Shown: positions 1-12,117 of the stretch, in pieces
Numbering within the stretch: the stretch's first letter is position 1
Layout of the letters: each line of letters starts with the position of its first letter
Origin: Octopus sinensis
Lineage: Eukaryota
Assembly (NCBI RefSeq): GCF_006345805.1
Contig: NC_043002.1
Coordinates: forward strand, 118,792,001-118,856,000
Reading direction: 5' to 3'
DNA: 64,000 bases
Program-made: the position numbers and the translations under genes
The notes under the pieces: generated by a model
The model's input: the letters and a program-made list of their open reading frames with translations, nothing else
Database searches by the model: none
Told to the model about the DNA's origin: nothing

Positions 1-148
1 TCCATATATCTGCCCTTCTCTCTTCCCTCCCCACCACACCATCAAACCTCAGACCTAGACATGTCCCCCCCACCAGCAACACTGTTGCAACTACCCTAGC
101 ATACATCTGTCACACCCAAACATAAAATCATGCATATATGCATATATA

Positions 149-379
149 TATTTCTTTACTACCCACAAGGGGCTAAACACAGAGAGGACAAACAAGGACA
201 GACAAACTGATTAAGTCAATTACATCGACCCCAGTGCATAACTGGTACTTAATTTATCGACCCCGGAAGGATGAAAGGCAAAGTCGACCTCGGCAGAATT
301 TGAACTCGGAACGTAACTGCAGACGAAATACGGCAACGCATTTCGCCCAGCGTGCTAACATTTCTGCCAGATCGCCGCC
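149..379 (-). mobile_element. tRNA-derived SINE, family C
   Basis: Reverse strand reads GGCGGCGATCTGGCAGAAATGTTAGCAC...GAGTTCAAATTCTGCCGAGGTCGACTTTGCCTTTCATCCTTCCGGGGTCGATAAATTAAGTACCAG; Pol III B-box present; same element recurs at 5826, 18814, 26606, 38261, 47493. Confidence 0.85.
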
Positions 380-459
380 TTCTATATATATATATGCATA
401 TATATGTTGCATACATGCACACACCCGACAAAAACACATGCACACATATGCAAGATGGT

Positions 460-835
460 ATCAAGAAGTTTCCAAACTAGTTCTGTAGTGTGCCAACAGA
501 TGGCAGCATATGATTGTGTGCACACTGAGAGTTAGCAGAGATCTTCATGAGGCCAAGTGACATCACTGGGTATACTTCGCAAGTTGTGAAATCTGTGTTT
601 TTCTGATCGTGTGTATGCTGTGGTCTGCTAACGGTCGGCTAACGTGAAATTTTGCATTAAACTTGGGATGTCTGCTACAGAGACAGTAAGCATGCTCCAG
701 CAAGTTTATGACACCAAAGCAATGGGTCATACACAATGTTTTGAGTGGCACAGGCACTTCAAGATTGGAAGTATGTTCCTGGAGGACCTGCTATGAGCAT
801 CACAACCAGAAATGTGATATTGTGCACTGCTGTGC
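460..835 (+). mobile_element. mariner transposase 5' remnant
   Basis: Hand translation gives KFCIKLGMSATETVSMLQQVYDTKAMGHTQCFEWHRHFKIG, matching the mariner N-terminal HTH pattern (xKFCxxLGxSAxET...CFEWxxRFKxG). Confidence 0.75.
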
Positions 836-840
836 CCCAG

Positions 841-1118
841 GGCCAGACTGTCAGCCTCGTCTGGCACCTGTGTCCATTGCACATAAAAAGCACCATCCGA
901 TCGTGGCCGTTTGCCAGCCTCGTCTGGCACCTGTGCGGGTGGAACGTAAAAAGCACCCACTACACTCATGGAGTGGTTGGCGTTAGGAAGGGCATCCAGC
1001 CGTAGAAGCATTGCCAGATCAAACTGGGCCTGGTGCAGCCTTCTGGCTTCCCAGACCCCAGTTGAACCGTCCAACCCATGCTAGCATGGAAAGCGGACGC
1101 TAAACGATGATGATGATG
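841..1118 (+). mobile_element. RTE-LINE 3' UTR fragment with ~62-bp tandem units (family D)
   Basis: About two GCCTCGTCTGGCACCTGTG..AAAAAGCACC units, then GTGGTTGGCGTTAGGAAGGGCATCCAG...TAAACGATGATGATG tail; a related UTR follows RTE ORF2 ends at 34010-34790 and 53690-54135. Confidence 0.8.
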
Positions 1119-1703
1119 ATATATAATCAATTAGTTAGCACTATTATGTCACTGAAGATACAGCCTTTTGATTCATCTACAGTTTTAGCTCTGTTAAGGT
1201 CATTTTGCTGTCATAGGGTTCAATCTCATTATGTGATACCTTGGACAAATGGTTTCTACTTTAGTTTTAGATCAACCCAATCCTTGTCAGTTAAAGTCGG
1301 TAACTCATTAGTGTGGATTGTATCCATTTTGTGTGATAGACATAATTAGTTGTTTTTCTCTGCCTTTACAGGAATTCACTTAGCTGCAATTATTCATACC
1401 CAGTCTACCATCTAAGGATATCAATTTACTCTTAAGAAGTTCTGCAGAAAAGTCATGAATGCTACCCTTCCCTAACTAAACCATTAAAATAACAATTGTG
1501 CCACATACCGAGTAATAAAATCTTCCTTTAACTGCAGTTTGACCTTGTAGAGTAAAAGAAAGTGGGAGGGGATCATGACACAAAATGAAGCAAACACTGC
1601 AAATAGTCAATCTACCCAAGAATATCAGAAGTATTTTCAATTCTTGGTACTAACTTTCATAATGTTTATTCATTTTTTAAACTTTTTATAAAAACATAAT
1701 CAT

Positions 1704-2011
1704 GCAGGAGTGGCTGTGTGGTAAGTAGCTTGTTTACCAACCACATGGTTCCGGGTTCAGTCCCACTGCGTGGCATCTTGGGCAAGTGTCTTCTGCTATA
1801 GCCTCGGGCCGACCAATGCCCTGTGAGTGGATTTGGTAGACAGAAACTGAAAGAAGCCCGTCATATATATGTATATATATATACATATATATACAACTTC
1901 TTTCAGTTTCCGTCTACCAAATCCACTCACAGGGCATTGGTCGGCCCGAGGCTATAGCAGAAGACACTTGCCCAAGATGCCACGCAGTGGGACTGAACTC
2001 GGAACCATGCA

Positions 2012-2042
<31 letters not shown>

Positions 2043-2246
2043 TTGTGTGTTTGTTCCCCTAGCATTGCTTGACAACCGATGCTGGTGTGTTTACGTCCCC
2101 GTCACTTAGTGGTTCGGCAAAAGAGCCCGATAGAATAAGTACTGGGCTTACAAAGAATAAGTCCCGGGGTCGATTTGGTCGACTAAAGGTGGTGCTCCAG
2201 CATGGCCGCAGTCAAATGACTGAAACAAGTAAAAGACTAAAGAGAG
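1704..2246 (+). mobile_element. tRNA-derived SINE family A with internal inverted duplication
   Basis: A-box TGGCTGTGTGG, B-box GGTTCAGTCCC, CORE-like CATCTTGGGCAAGTGTC, tail CAGCATGGCCGCAGTCAAATGACTGAAACAAGTAAAAGA; 1744-1857 is repeated inverted at 1897-2008. Confidence 0.9.
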
Positions 2247-2941
2247 TATGCACTAACAGTAGATGAAACTTGTGTCAAAGGAAGACATTGGATTAGGAGT
2301 TAATTCAAATCTCACTTTGTCGGGCATGACAGCCAAGTTGTGATATAGAATGTACGACTGACCTATCAACCTAGCTAATAATAATGATTAAGCTGAAGAG
2401 GTGCTGCACTGTATACATATGTACATACACACATATATACATCATCCTTGCACATGTTCAGTCCACTGCTGGATGAAGGCCTTCATATGTTCTCTCCACC
2501 AAGCATGGTCTGATGTTTCCCTCATCCATGTTTGGATGTCTTCTCCTTTTTTCTGAACAAGCTATCCACTCTGTCAATTTGCTATTCTATCTAGTATCCA
2601 TTTTCCTAAATATCCTGTGAAGGACCATTTCATGATTTTTATTCCCCAATATCCATTAAATCTATTGCAACTCTTATCCAGTTGTTTCTTCATTTATCCA
2701 TTTTGTTAATCGTCAGCTTTCTCCTTTCCATGGCTCTTTGGTGTTGATCTTAATTTATTTCCAATGCTCTTGTTAGTCCATGTTTCTGATGCCCACATGA
2801 TAGCAGGAAACATACACTGGTTGAGGACCTTTCTTTTTAGACACATGGGTAAGTTATTGCTCATGATGTGATTCAATTTACCAAAGGATACTCAGTCTAA
2901 TTGTGTTCATTGTTCAACTTCTTTGGTCTAATTTTTATCCT

Positions 2942-3153
2942 TTAACCCTTTTATTACTGTATTTATTTCAAGATGCTCAGTGTTTCTTTCAATTACTTTA
3001 AATATAACAAAGAATTTAGTAATTAAACTTAGTTATCATTAAGCTAGTGTTAGGAACATAAATTGTGACTAAGGTTTGGTGGAAGATTTTAACGAGACAT
3101 TTGTACTCAGAGCCCAGAGCCGGTTTCAGCCGGGTTGGTATCGAAAGGGTTAA
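2942..3153. mobile_element. piggyBac-type MITE (TTAA-CCCTTT...AAAGGG-TTAA)
   Basis: TTAA at both ends, CCCTTT/AAAGGG termini; same ~220-bp family at 3376, 20504, 61026, 62925. Confidence 0.85.
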
Positions 3154-3375
3154 GCAGATTGTTTGTCCAAGATAGGTATATTGGCTCACATGTTCAACTA
3201 TTTCATCATCTGTTACTACATTTCCAGCTGTGATGGTTGGAGATTATCTTCATTTGACTAATATTAATTCTAAGTCCACAATTTTTGCTTTCTTCTTTGA
3301 ATTCTTTGAGCATTGCTGTTGATTCTGTAATGCCCTTGGAAATTATTACAATATCATCAGTGAATTTCAGAGGAT

Positions 3376-3603
3376 TTAACGCTTTCGTTACTGTATTTAT
3401 TTTGAGATCTTCTGTGTTTCTTTCAGTTATTTAAAATATAACAAAGAATTTAGTAAAATAACTTAGTTATCATGAAGCTAGTGTTAGGAACGTAAATTGT
3501 GACTAAGGCTTGGTGGAATATCTTAATTCAAAACTTATGAAAACAAGACATTTTACCACAGAGCCAGAGCCGGTTTTGGCCGGGTTAGTAACTAAAGGGT
3601 TAA
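3376..3603. mobile_element. piggyBac-type MITE
   Basis: TTAA-flanked copy of the 2942 family. Confidence 0.85.
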
Positions 3604-4254
3604 CATGCATCCATTTATATTTATTCCTTTATTTGACCAATATAAGTTTTTAAACCCCTTTTCTAATACAGATGTAAATAATTTGGGTGATATGGTATTT
3701 CCTTGTCTGATTTACTTACCTATTTTAATAAATCAATCACCTTGCTGCTAGTAGTTGTAGTTCTACAGTGTGTACACATTCTCTTATAACTTCCCATAGT
3801 TTCGTTTGGTTACCTTTTCCTCAAGTGCTCTTAGTATATCATCAAAATCCATAGAATCAAAAGTGTTTTCAAAATAGATACAAAATGCCCACATAAACAT
3901 AAGATACTGGATATCTGAACTGATCCTTCTTTATAAAAAAAAGATGCCAAAAACCTCAAAAACTACAGATCAATCAGTCTACTATCATGAATCTACAAGA
4001 TCTTCATTCTCTCCTTACGCATAATGGTATGTTGTAAGTTTGGCATTTTTCCTTCCGTTGGTTTATAGCATGAATGTGGTCTATTATCCTGTAGTTTTTC
4101 CTGAAGGCTGGCTGGTCTGCTGTAGTGTTCTCATCCAGCTTTCTCTCATTTCTTTTTGAGAAGATCTTGTAGATTCATGTTAGTAGACTGATTGATCTGT
4201 AGTTTTTGAGGTTTTTGGCATCTTTTTTTTTATAAAGAAGGATCAGTTCGTATA

Positions 4255-4637
4255 TATGTGGTTGGCGTTAGGAAGGGCATCCAGCTGTAGAAACATTGCC
4301 AGATAAGACCGGAGCCTGGTGCAGCCTTCTGGCTTCCCAGATCCCCGGTCGAACCGTCCAACCCATGCTAGCATGGAGAACGGACGTTAAACGATGATGA
4401 TATATATATATGTGTATGTGTGTGTGTGTTTGTGTGTCTGTTTGTCCCCCTAGCATTGCTTTACAACCGATGCTGGTGTGTTTACGTCCCCGTCACTTAG
4501 CGGTTTGGGAAAAGAGACCGATAGAATAAGTACTGGGCTTACAAAAGAATAAGTCCCAGGGTCGATTTGCTCGATTAAAGGCGGTGCTCCAGCATGGCCA
4601 CAGTCAAATGACTGAAACAAGTAAAAGAGTAAAGAGT
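4255..4637 (+). mobile_element. RTE 3' UTR tail (D) followed by 3' half of SINE A
   Basis: GTTGGCGTTAGGAAGGGCATCCAG...GATGATGAT at 4258-4400, then SINE A body and tail. Confidence 0.85.
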
Positions 4638-5384
4638 TCAGACATCCAGTATCTTATGTTTATGTGAGCATTTTGTATCTATTTTAATTTGTTCCTTCTC
4701 TGCCATATCTCATTCTTAACACCCTTTTATATCCGCCGTCATTCTTTACACCCTTTCATACCTTTCATCGACTGCCATCCCCAACCTTTCTTTGCCATTC
4801 ACAATACCCACCCCTATATACCTCTGACTTCCATCTCTGTCACTGTACATTACTTTACACTCCATCCTTAAACACATTCTCTCCTTATTTCATTATACAA
4901 CTGCTCTTTTTTTTTTGTACTGCCACTCAACTCTACCTCCTTGGGCCATTTCTAATCACCTTTTCCCTCAGACTCATATTTATCTTTGACTACACCCTCA
5001 TCCTTCTTCACTACTCATTTCCAACGCTCTTTCTAAACATCTGTCATTCTTCCCTCACACTCTTGCAAACTTAGCCACCCACCCTTCTTGATCATCTGTC
5101 CCTACTGACCTTCTTGTGCCTTGAGAGTATGCCCTGACACCCCCCCCCACCTTTATCTCTTTCCAGTTACTCCCATCCACCCTTAGATGTAATGCAGAGT
5201 AGCCGTGTATTTCTTCTACAACAAGACACGTGTTCCTGCTAATTGTACTGACTTTTAGAGGGATGTAAAGTTAACACCAACTAGATTTGAACACTGGACA
5301 GTGACACACTGAGCTGAGTGTTGTGAGGCACTCTAGAAGCGCCACTACAGGATGACCTTCAAGATTTCAAAAGTTACATTGAGT

Positions 5385-5771
5385 GGATGGAAGCACTCCG
5401 TCGGTTACGACGACGAGGGTTCCGGTTGATCCGAATCAACGGAACAGCCTGCTCGTGAAATTAACGTGTAAGTGGCTGAGCACTCCACAGACACGTGTAC
5501 CCTTAACGCAGTTCTCGGGGATATTCAGCGTGACACAGAGAGTGACAAGGCCGGCCCTTTGAAATACAGGTACAACAGAAACAGGAAGTAAGAGTGAGAG
5601 AAAGTTGTGGTGAAAGAGTACAGCAGGGATCACCACCATCCCCTGCCGGAGCCTCGTGCAGCTTTAGGTGTTTTCGCTCAATAAACACTCACAACGCCTG
5701 GTATGGGAATCGAAACCGCGATCCTATGACCACGAGTCCGCTGCCCTAACCACTGGGCCATTGCGCCTCCA
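5385..5771 (-). mobile_element. tRNA-derived SINE family B, full length
   Basis: Head GGAGGCGCAATGGCCCAGTGGTTAGGGCAGCGGACTC..GGTTTCGATTCCC (A/B boxes); 11-bp TSD TTACATTGAGT on both sides. Confidence 0.92.
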
Positions 5772-5825
5772 CTTACATTGAGTAAATCAGTTGATAAAGA
5801 ACTTTCAGTGTTTAGTTGAAGCTTA

Positions 5826-6217
5826 AACTGGTGAGCTGGCAGAATGAGTAACACCACCAGGCAAAATGCTTGGTGGTATTTTGTTTGTTTTTATATTCTG
5901 AGTTCAAATTCCACCAAGGTCGACTTTACCTTTCATCCTTTTAGGGATGATAAAATAAATACCAATTGAGCACTGGTATAATTGACTGGCAGAAGTGTTT
6001 GCACGGCGGACGAAATGCATAACTGTATTTCGTCTGCCGTTACGTTCTGAGTTCAAATTCCGCCGAGCTCGACTTTGCCTTTCATCCTTTCGGGGTCGAT
6101 AAATTAAGTACAAGTTATGCACTGGAGTCGATGTAATCGACTTAATCTGTTTCTCTGTCCTTGTTCGTCCCATCTGTGTTTAGCCCCTTGTGGGTAGTAA
6201 AGAAATAGGTATAATTG
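5826..6217 (+). mobile_element. SINE family C, two partial tandem copies
   Basis: GAGTTCAAATTCC.CC.AG.TCGACTTT.CCTTTCATCC occurs twice (about 5900 and 6050). Confidence 0.85.
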
Positions 6218-6341
6218 ACTTGCACCCTCCCCTGAGATTGCTAACCTTGTGTCAAAATTTGAAACCAGTATTTAGTTGAAGCATCATTCCACTTCTAAAT
6301 CTCTCTTCTGGTATTTGAAACTTTGCAGAGATAATTTGATA

Positions 6342-6568
6342 TACTCTCTCTTTCTCTTTCTTTTACTTGTTTCAGTCATTTGACTGCGGCCATGCTGGAG
6401 CACCGCCTTTAATCGAGCAACTCGACCCCAAGACTTATTCTTTTGTAAGCCCAGCACTTATTCTATCGGTCACTTTTGCCGAACCGCTAAGTAACGGGGA
6501 CATAAACACACCAGCATTGGTTGTCAAGCAATGCTGAGGGGACAAACACAGACACACAAACACACACA

Positions 6569-6612
<44 letters not shown>

Positions 6613-6791
6613 ATATATACATATATACGACGGGCTTCTTTTCAGTTTCCGTCTACCAAATCCACACACAAGGCTTTGGTCGCCCCAAGGCTATAGTAGA
6701 AGACACTTGCCCAAGGTGCCACGCAGTGGGACTGAACCCAGAACCATGTGGTTGGTAAACAAGCTACTTACCACACAGCCACTCCTGCGCC
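6342..6791 (-). mobile_element. SINE family A, full length
   Basis: Complete head-microsatellite-tail on the reverse strand. Confidence 0.92.
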
Positions 6792-6988
6792 TATACTGAC
6801 TGTATTTGAAATCGTGTTAGATGCCATTAGATTGTGGGTTCCAAGTTTGAATATTTTTTAATTACATTTTTTGTATTTTTGAACGCACAGAATTAGAATA
6901 CCTCTTTGATTCTCTCTTGCGTGCGCGTGTCAAATTTTCCTCATTGAATACATTTCAAACTAATTTTTTTCCAGATATTTATTGAACA

Positions 6989-7388
6989 CTAGCAGTATCG
7001 CCCGGCGTTGCTCGGGTTTGTAAGGGAAATAACTATATAAGCATTTTTAGAGAGTTACCTCCCTTATATAATAGCAAAAAATGCATTCAAAATGGGGAAA
7101 AAATGATGGTAAATTTTTTTTTAAATCATTGACTCATCGTAGACATTTTTAGAGAGTTACTTCCCTTATATAATAGCGAAAAAATGCATAAAAATGGAAA
7201 AGAACGATGGTAAGTTTTTTTTTATATCGTAGACTCATCGTAGACGCGCGCTAATACCCAGAAGGGCTCGATATGAATCACGACTATAAGATACCCGCTT
7301 TTGGTTAAACTGCACCACAAAATGTGGGAGTAGTTAGGAATCTAAATCGTAGGAGACAGACACACAACTTCACTTTTATATATAAAGA
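6989..7388 (-). mobile_element. non-autonomous Helitron (family H1)
   Basis: Reverse strand starts A|TCTTTATATATAAAAG and ends CCCGAGCAACGCCGGG hairpin-CGATACTG-CTAG|T; inserted at AT with no TSD; internal ~103-bp tandem duplication. Confidence 0.85.
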
Positions 7389-7837
7389 TTTATGTTTCAC
7401 AAAGACAGCTCAAAACTAGAACACATTGGTAATCAAGTCGTTTTCATGGATTTAATTACAACTATTTTAATTGATATCTTCGATATTTTCATTTTGATAA
7501 CTTTGTTTTCACAATTCTTAATCGCCTTGGAAATTATTAACAATTGAAAGAATCGAAATATTGATATAAAAATTACCAGTTTAGGATTGAATAAGCAACA
7601 ATGCTTCAAATAGCATCCAAATCACACTTGGTTTCTTTTTTAAATAATGTAGTTCAAGATAGCGCTAAAATATAGTACGGTGAAGGCTGGTCTACTTTTC
7701 ATCAAATAAGTGAAGAATGTTTTTCCTCTGAGTTACTCCCCTTCGTATTGTATTTTAAGTTTTTGTTGTTAGGCATCTGCAATTAATCTCTTACGTTCTT
7801 ATTTTGTGATACATACACACCCACACACACAATAATT

Positions 7838-8271
7838 TTAATACATGGAAAAATGCAAGCATGAAAAGTAATATTCTTAAGATTATAAACCTGGAAAAGT
7901 ACAAGACAAGTTATTACACCTGTAAAAGTATAGGTCAAACTATTACTTCAAGTAAATAATAAGAAACTTTTTACTTAAAATATTGTAGCTAAAATCAAAA
8001 TTTGAATATCAAAAATTATATTATTATAGTTTACAAATAACACTGTACTTATTTAAGTAGAATTCGGCTAATTTGCTACCTTAAATACAGAAAAATAGTC
8101 ACTAATTAGACAAACTTACAAATTAGCTGAACAGTTTTGTACAATAAATTTAAAAGATGAGAACTGTAAAGTGTGATAAATTAGAAGAACTGGCATTTGT
8201 TTATAATCTTGTACTTTTCCAGGCTTATAATTTTAAGAATATTACTTTTCATGCTCACATTTTTCTATGTA
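7838..8271. repeat. fold-back element / MITE with ~65-bp imperfect TIRs
   Basis: 7838-7905 (..CATGAAAAGTAATATTCTTAAGATTATAAACCTGGAAAAGTACAAGA) is the imperfect reverse complement of 8207-8271. Confidence 0.7.
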
Positions 8272-8702
8272 ATCCATGATTTATCCAGGCATTGCTGTTA
8301 TAAAATAATTAATAATGTGTCGATTAATAATTTATGATTTTACCTTATAAAAGATAATATTTCATTTTTTTCATGTTTAATTTATATATATGTTGTAACT
8401 GAATTATTTGATATTACCCATCCACACCAAATTAATGGCAGGGATTTTTACCATGTTGTTGGTTGCACCATGGCTCACAAAAAGTTACAAACAACAAGAC
8501 ATCAAAACCATCAGTTACCAGGCTCACCTTAAGTAACCTAATTTTGCAATAAAAATTACTATTATTGTACCTTCAATTTTATGTAAATATTTGGTTTTTC
8601 ATATAATGAAACCATTTTATAAACCATAAAAACCATTTTCCATTTCCAAATTTAAGAAAATGTTCTCGTTTTTTTATTTATGAATTTTGTTCCTAAATAA
8701 TC

Positions 8703-9024
8703 CCCATGCCGGTGGCACGTAAAAAGCACCATCCGTTCGTGGCCGTTGCCAGCCTCACCTGGCCCCCGTGCCGGTGGCACATAAAAAGCACCATCCGACC
8801 GTGGCCGTTGCCAGCCTCGCCTGGCACCTGTGCCGGTGGCACGTAAAAAGCACCCACTACACTCACAGAGTGGTTGGCGTTAGGAAGGGCATCCAGCCGT
8901 AGAAACATTGCCAGATAAGACTGGAGCCTGGTGCAGCCTTCTGGCTTCCCAGATCCCCGGTCGAACTGTCCAACCCATGCTAGCATGGAAAGCGGTCACT
9001 AAACGATGAAGATGATGATGATGA
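8703..9024 (+). mobile_element. RTE 3' UTR (D) with about 2.5 x 62-bp units
   Basis: Tandem units plus conserved tail and (GAT)n end. Confidence 0.85.
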
Positions 9025-9096
9025 TAATCATTGATCAATCATACAATCTACTTCTTAAATTTAATTTTTAGTTACAATTCCACTGAATTTAGTTTT

Positions 9097-10185
9097 TTAA
9101 TTTTTTAACATTTTTTCCATAAATAATAAAGCAATGTCAGGCAATTCGGGAGGAAATTTAGTATGTCTTTTTGTAATGATGTTGTCACTGATTTCATCCT
9201 AAATATCACCTCCAGTTTTAATGAGTTTGGTATAATGGTCTGCTCTAGACGTTGGTCCTGTTTGAATAACAGCAGCTTTTAGAGTAAAATTTGTGCCAAA
9301 TACTTGCTGCTTTTTTGAACTGAAGTTCATTACATCACATTTGATTCTTTCTTCCATATTAATATTTTGATTAATTAAAAATCTATGAATTTGAATATAT
9401 AGGAGCACTCCGTCGGTTACGACGATGAGGGTATTAACATGGAATTAACATGGAATTAACATGCAAGTGGCTGAGCATTCCACAGACACGAGTACCCTTA
9501 ACGTAGTTCTCGAGGAGATTCAGCGTGACACAGAGTGTGACAAGGCTGGCCCTTTGAAAATACAGGTACAACAGAAACAGGAAGAAAGAGTGAGAGAAAG
9601 TTGTGGTGAAAGAGTACAGCAGGGTTCTCCACCATCCCTGCAGGAGCCTTGTGAAGCTTTAGGTGTTTTCGCTCAATAAACACTCACAATGCCCGGTCTG
9701 GGAATCGAAACCGCGATCCTACAACCGCAATCCTACAACCGCGAGTCCGCTGCCCTAACCACTGGGCCATTGCGCCTCCACGAATTTGAATAACAAGATA
9801 TTTAAATTCAGGAGGAAATTCAATTCTGGAAGTAATTTCATGTTCTGTATTGAGTGAAGATGTTTCATGATTTTCGTAAGTGAATTTGTGATTTTAGTAA
9901 TCAAAAATTTAAATTGTTGAGGACCATTAGTCGTGATTGTCTACCACAACCAGGAGTTGTACTGCAGCTGCAAGTTTCATTTATAAAAGATGTTGCAAGT
10001 ATGTTGATGCAATCTAATGCATCTAACAGTGTCATATTTGATGAATGTAAACTTTTGTTGAAATTCCATTTCAAAATGAAGATAAATTTCTTTCCTAAAT
10101 TCATGAGCACATTGTTGACTTCCATCATTAAATCTTCCACCAATAATCCTTTTTAAATTTGCGACAGTGTTTTGATTATGATAAA
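9097..10185 (-). pseudogene. intronless decayed ubiquitin-specific protease (peptidase C19/UCH)-like coding remnant, split by a SINE
   Basis: After removing SINE B 9402-9780 the reverse strand translates to NTVANLKRIIGGRFNDGSQQCAHEF...(frameshifts)...PPEFKYLVIQIHRF...FTLKAAVIQTGPTSRADHYTKLIKTGGDI*DEISDNII...IALLFMEK: QQDAHEF-like, LxIQLKRF-like, His-box and terminal AYxLFYxR-like motifs in the correct order. Cys-box not visible. Confidence 0.72.
9402..9780 (-). mobile_element. SINE family B, full length
   Basis: 11-bp TSD GAATTTGAATA at 9387-9397 and 9782-9792; two short internal tandem duplications. Confidence 0.92.
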
Positions 10186-11571
10186 GAATAATTGGGTGTG
10201 TGATTTAGGTAGGGGGATACTTTGGCTGCTATTTTTAGTGTGTCGAGCGACCACGTAGAGGCTCTTTCATTGGTTCAATTGGATGATGAGATTTTTTTAC
10301 ACATATATGTATATATATCATCGGCAGAAGTTAGAGAGTAAGTCAAAAGCTGAGAGTTTCATGTATTGGCACTTATCTAACTTCTAAAATACAAACTTTT
10401 GTCAAAAACATTAAGAGTAAACCCTGTTCTATGCGACACATTTTACCAGTATCGAACGTGAATACAACTTTTACCAATGTATTCGCTTGTCATTTCCTTT
10501 CAGTTACCAGGGGAAGTGATTCTGCAGTTTCTTTGTGAATTATTTCCCTTCTTACTGTATGAATTTCAAGCTCAATTTTTGCTTTGGTAATTACTATAAT
10601 TTTCTATCATGTGTGTGTGTTTTGTGCGTCTTTATGCGTACATCTATTTATGTATGCTTGTGGACGTAAATACACTCGAAGGTTGCGCCAAAGTAATGCA
10701 AAAGTGGAAAGGATTTTTTTCATTTTAACCTACAAAGTTCGTTTAAGTTGCACGAGTGGCAGAAACTGAAAGAAGCCCGTCGTATATATGTATATATATG
10801 TGTGTTTGTGTGTCTGTGTTTGTCCCCCTAGCATTGCTTGACAACCGATGTTGGTGTGTTTATGTCCCCGTTACTTAGCGGTTCGGCAAAAGAGCCCGAT
10901 AGAATAAGTACTGGGCTTACAAAAGAATAAGTCCTGGGGTCGAGATGCTCGATTAAAGGCGGTGCTCCAGCATGGCCGCAGTGAAATGACTGAAACAAGT
11001 AAAAGAGTAAAGAGTATATCAATAGAATAACTATTCATCCTATTCTACTTCACTGCAGGCAAATAATGGGTTCCAAGCAGAAGTGACTGGTCGTTATTGA
11101 GTGAACAAAAGATGAGTGCAGGGTGCCATTCACTGAATGTTATGGGTTGTTTATGGAGAGGACACTATTGTCAAGACTAGTGTGCACACATGGATGAAAT
11201 TTAGAGAAAGGAAAACCAGCATTGAAGACAGACTACGCAGTAGGAAAGCATCAAGTGTTGACCACTGACATGAATCCTCTGTGACTGGACGAATGGGTTC
11301 ATTCAGGTAGACAAATCATATTCCATAAATTTACTGCACAATTGGTCTGTAACTGCAATGCATTACAGAAGACAGTGGAGGACTTTGGGTATGAGAAAGT
11401 TTGTGCAAAATGGGTCCATTGACAGTTGACACTATTTTAAGGAGAGTAGAAGTCTGAACCAATCTGCTGGAAGCAGTTTAAGCCATTGAAGACATGCTTT
11501 TTTTTAATTTTCTGATCTGGTGATAGGATATAGAATGTAGACAAATCATTGCAGTCTAGAAAACGAAGACT

Positions 11572-11938
11572 TAGTTAGTTAGTTAGTTAATTTTTTGGCT
11601 CAAAAAGCAAAAAGCAAGGCTATGTAGGGAGACATGGAATTATGTACAGGGTGGTGTTCATGTAAAGAGTTCAGGCCACTTGAGGTCAAGGGAGACTTTG
11701 AACCGAGCGGTTGTCGGCATCTTCGCCATCTCATCTGGCAGCTTATTCCACGGATCCGCAACCCGGACAGAGAAAGCCCCTCTCCTTCGATTGAGATGAA
11801 ATCGTCGCAGATAGAGCTTTTCGGAATGACCCTGCAGCCAACGCTCTGGAGCAGGAGTGAAGAACAGCTCTTTCGAGAGGTTACACTTTCCGCTTATGAT
11901 GCTGTGAGCAAGAATGAGATCTCCACGGCAACGGCGTT
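11572..11938 (-). mobile_element. CR1-clade LINE 3' end
   Basis: ORF ends RRCRGDLILAHSII...GHSEKLY..FSVRVADPWNKLP, a typical CR1 ORF2 C-terminus, followed by a (TAAC)n tail; near-identical copy at 54137. Confidence 0.88.
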
Positions 11939-12117
11939 GACAATGCATCACACCCCTTCTCTGCACCCTAAGAAGTTCAAGAACCAGTGATGAGCACAGG
12001 AAGTCTTGATGACTGTTTTGCAGAATGACAAGGGTATTACTCTCGTTAATGTTCTGCAACAATGCCCTCACTGTGAACAGCAAGTGGAACACTGGGACAC
12101 TTAAGCAAATTTACATA

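Larger units (their letters stand above)
2395..4250 (-). mobile_element. decayed RTE-clade LINE ORF2 (RT C-terminal half) with nested MITEs
   Basis: Reverse strand shows eroded RTE RT features (FxDDIV region near 3350, GxRQGxTISPKLF-like near 3690, RTE-like C-terminus near 2500); many stops. Confidence 0.6.

Noticed and set aside
8132-8538. Minus-strand exon-like segments (LLKVSLVTDGFDVLLFVTFCEPWC, vaguely thioredoxin-like; 44-nt exon near 8120-8165)
   Set aside because: Phases do not join without a stop, one lies inside a fold-back element, and there is no CxxC or supporting exon.
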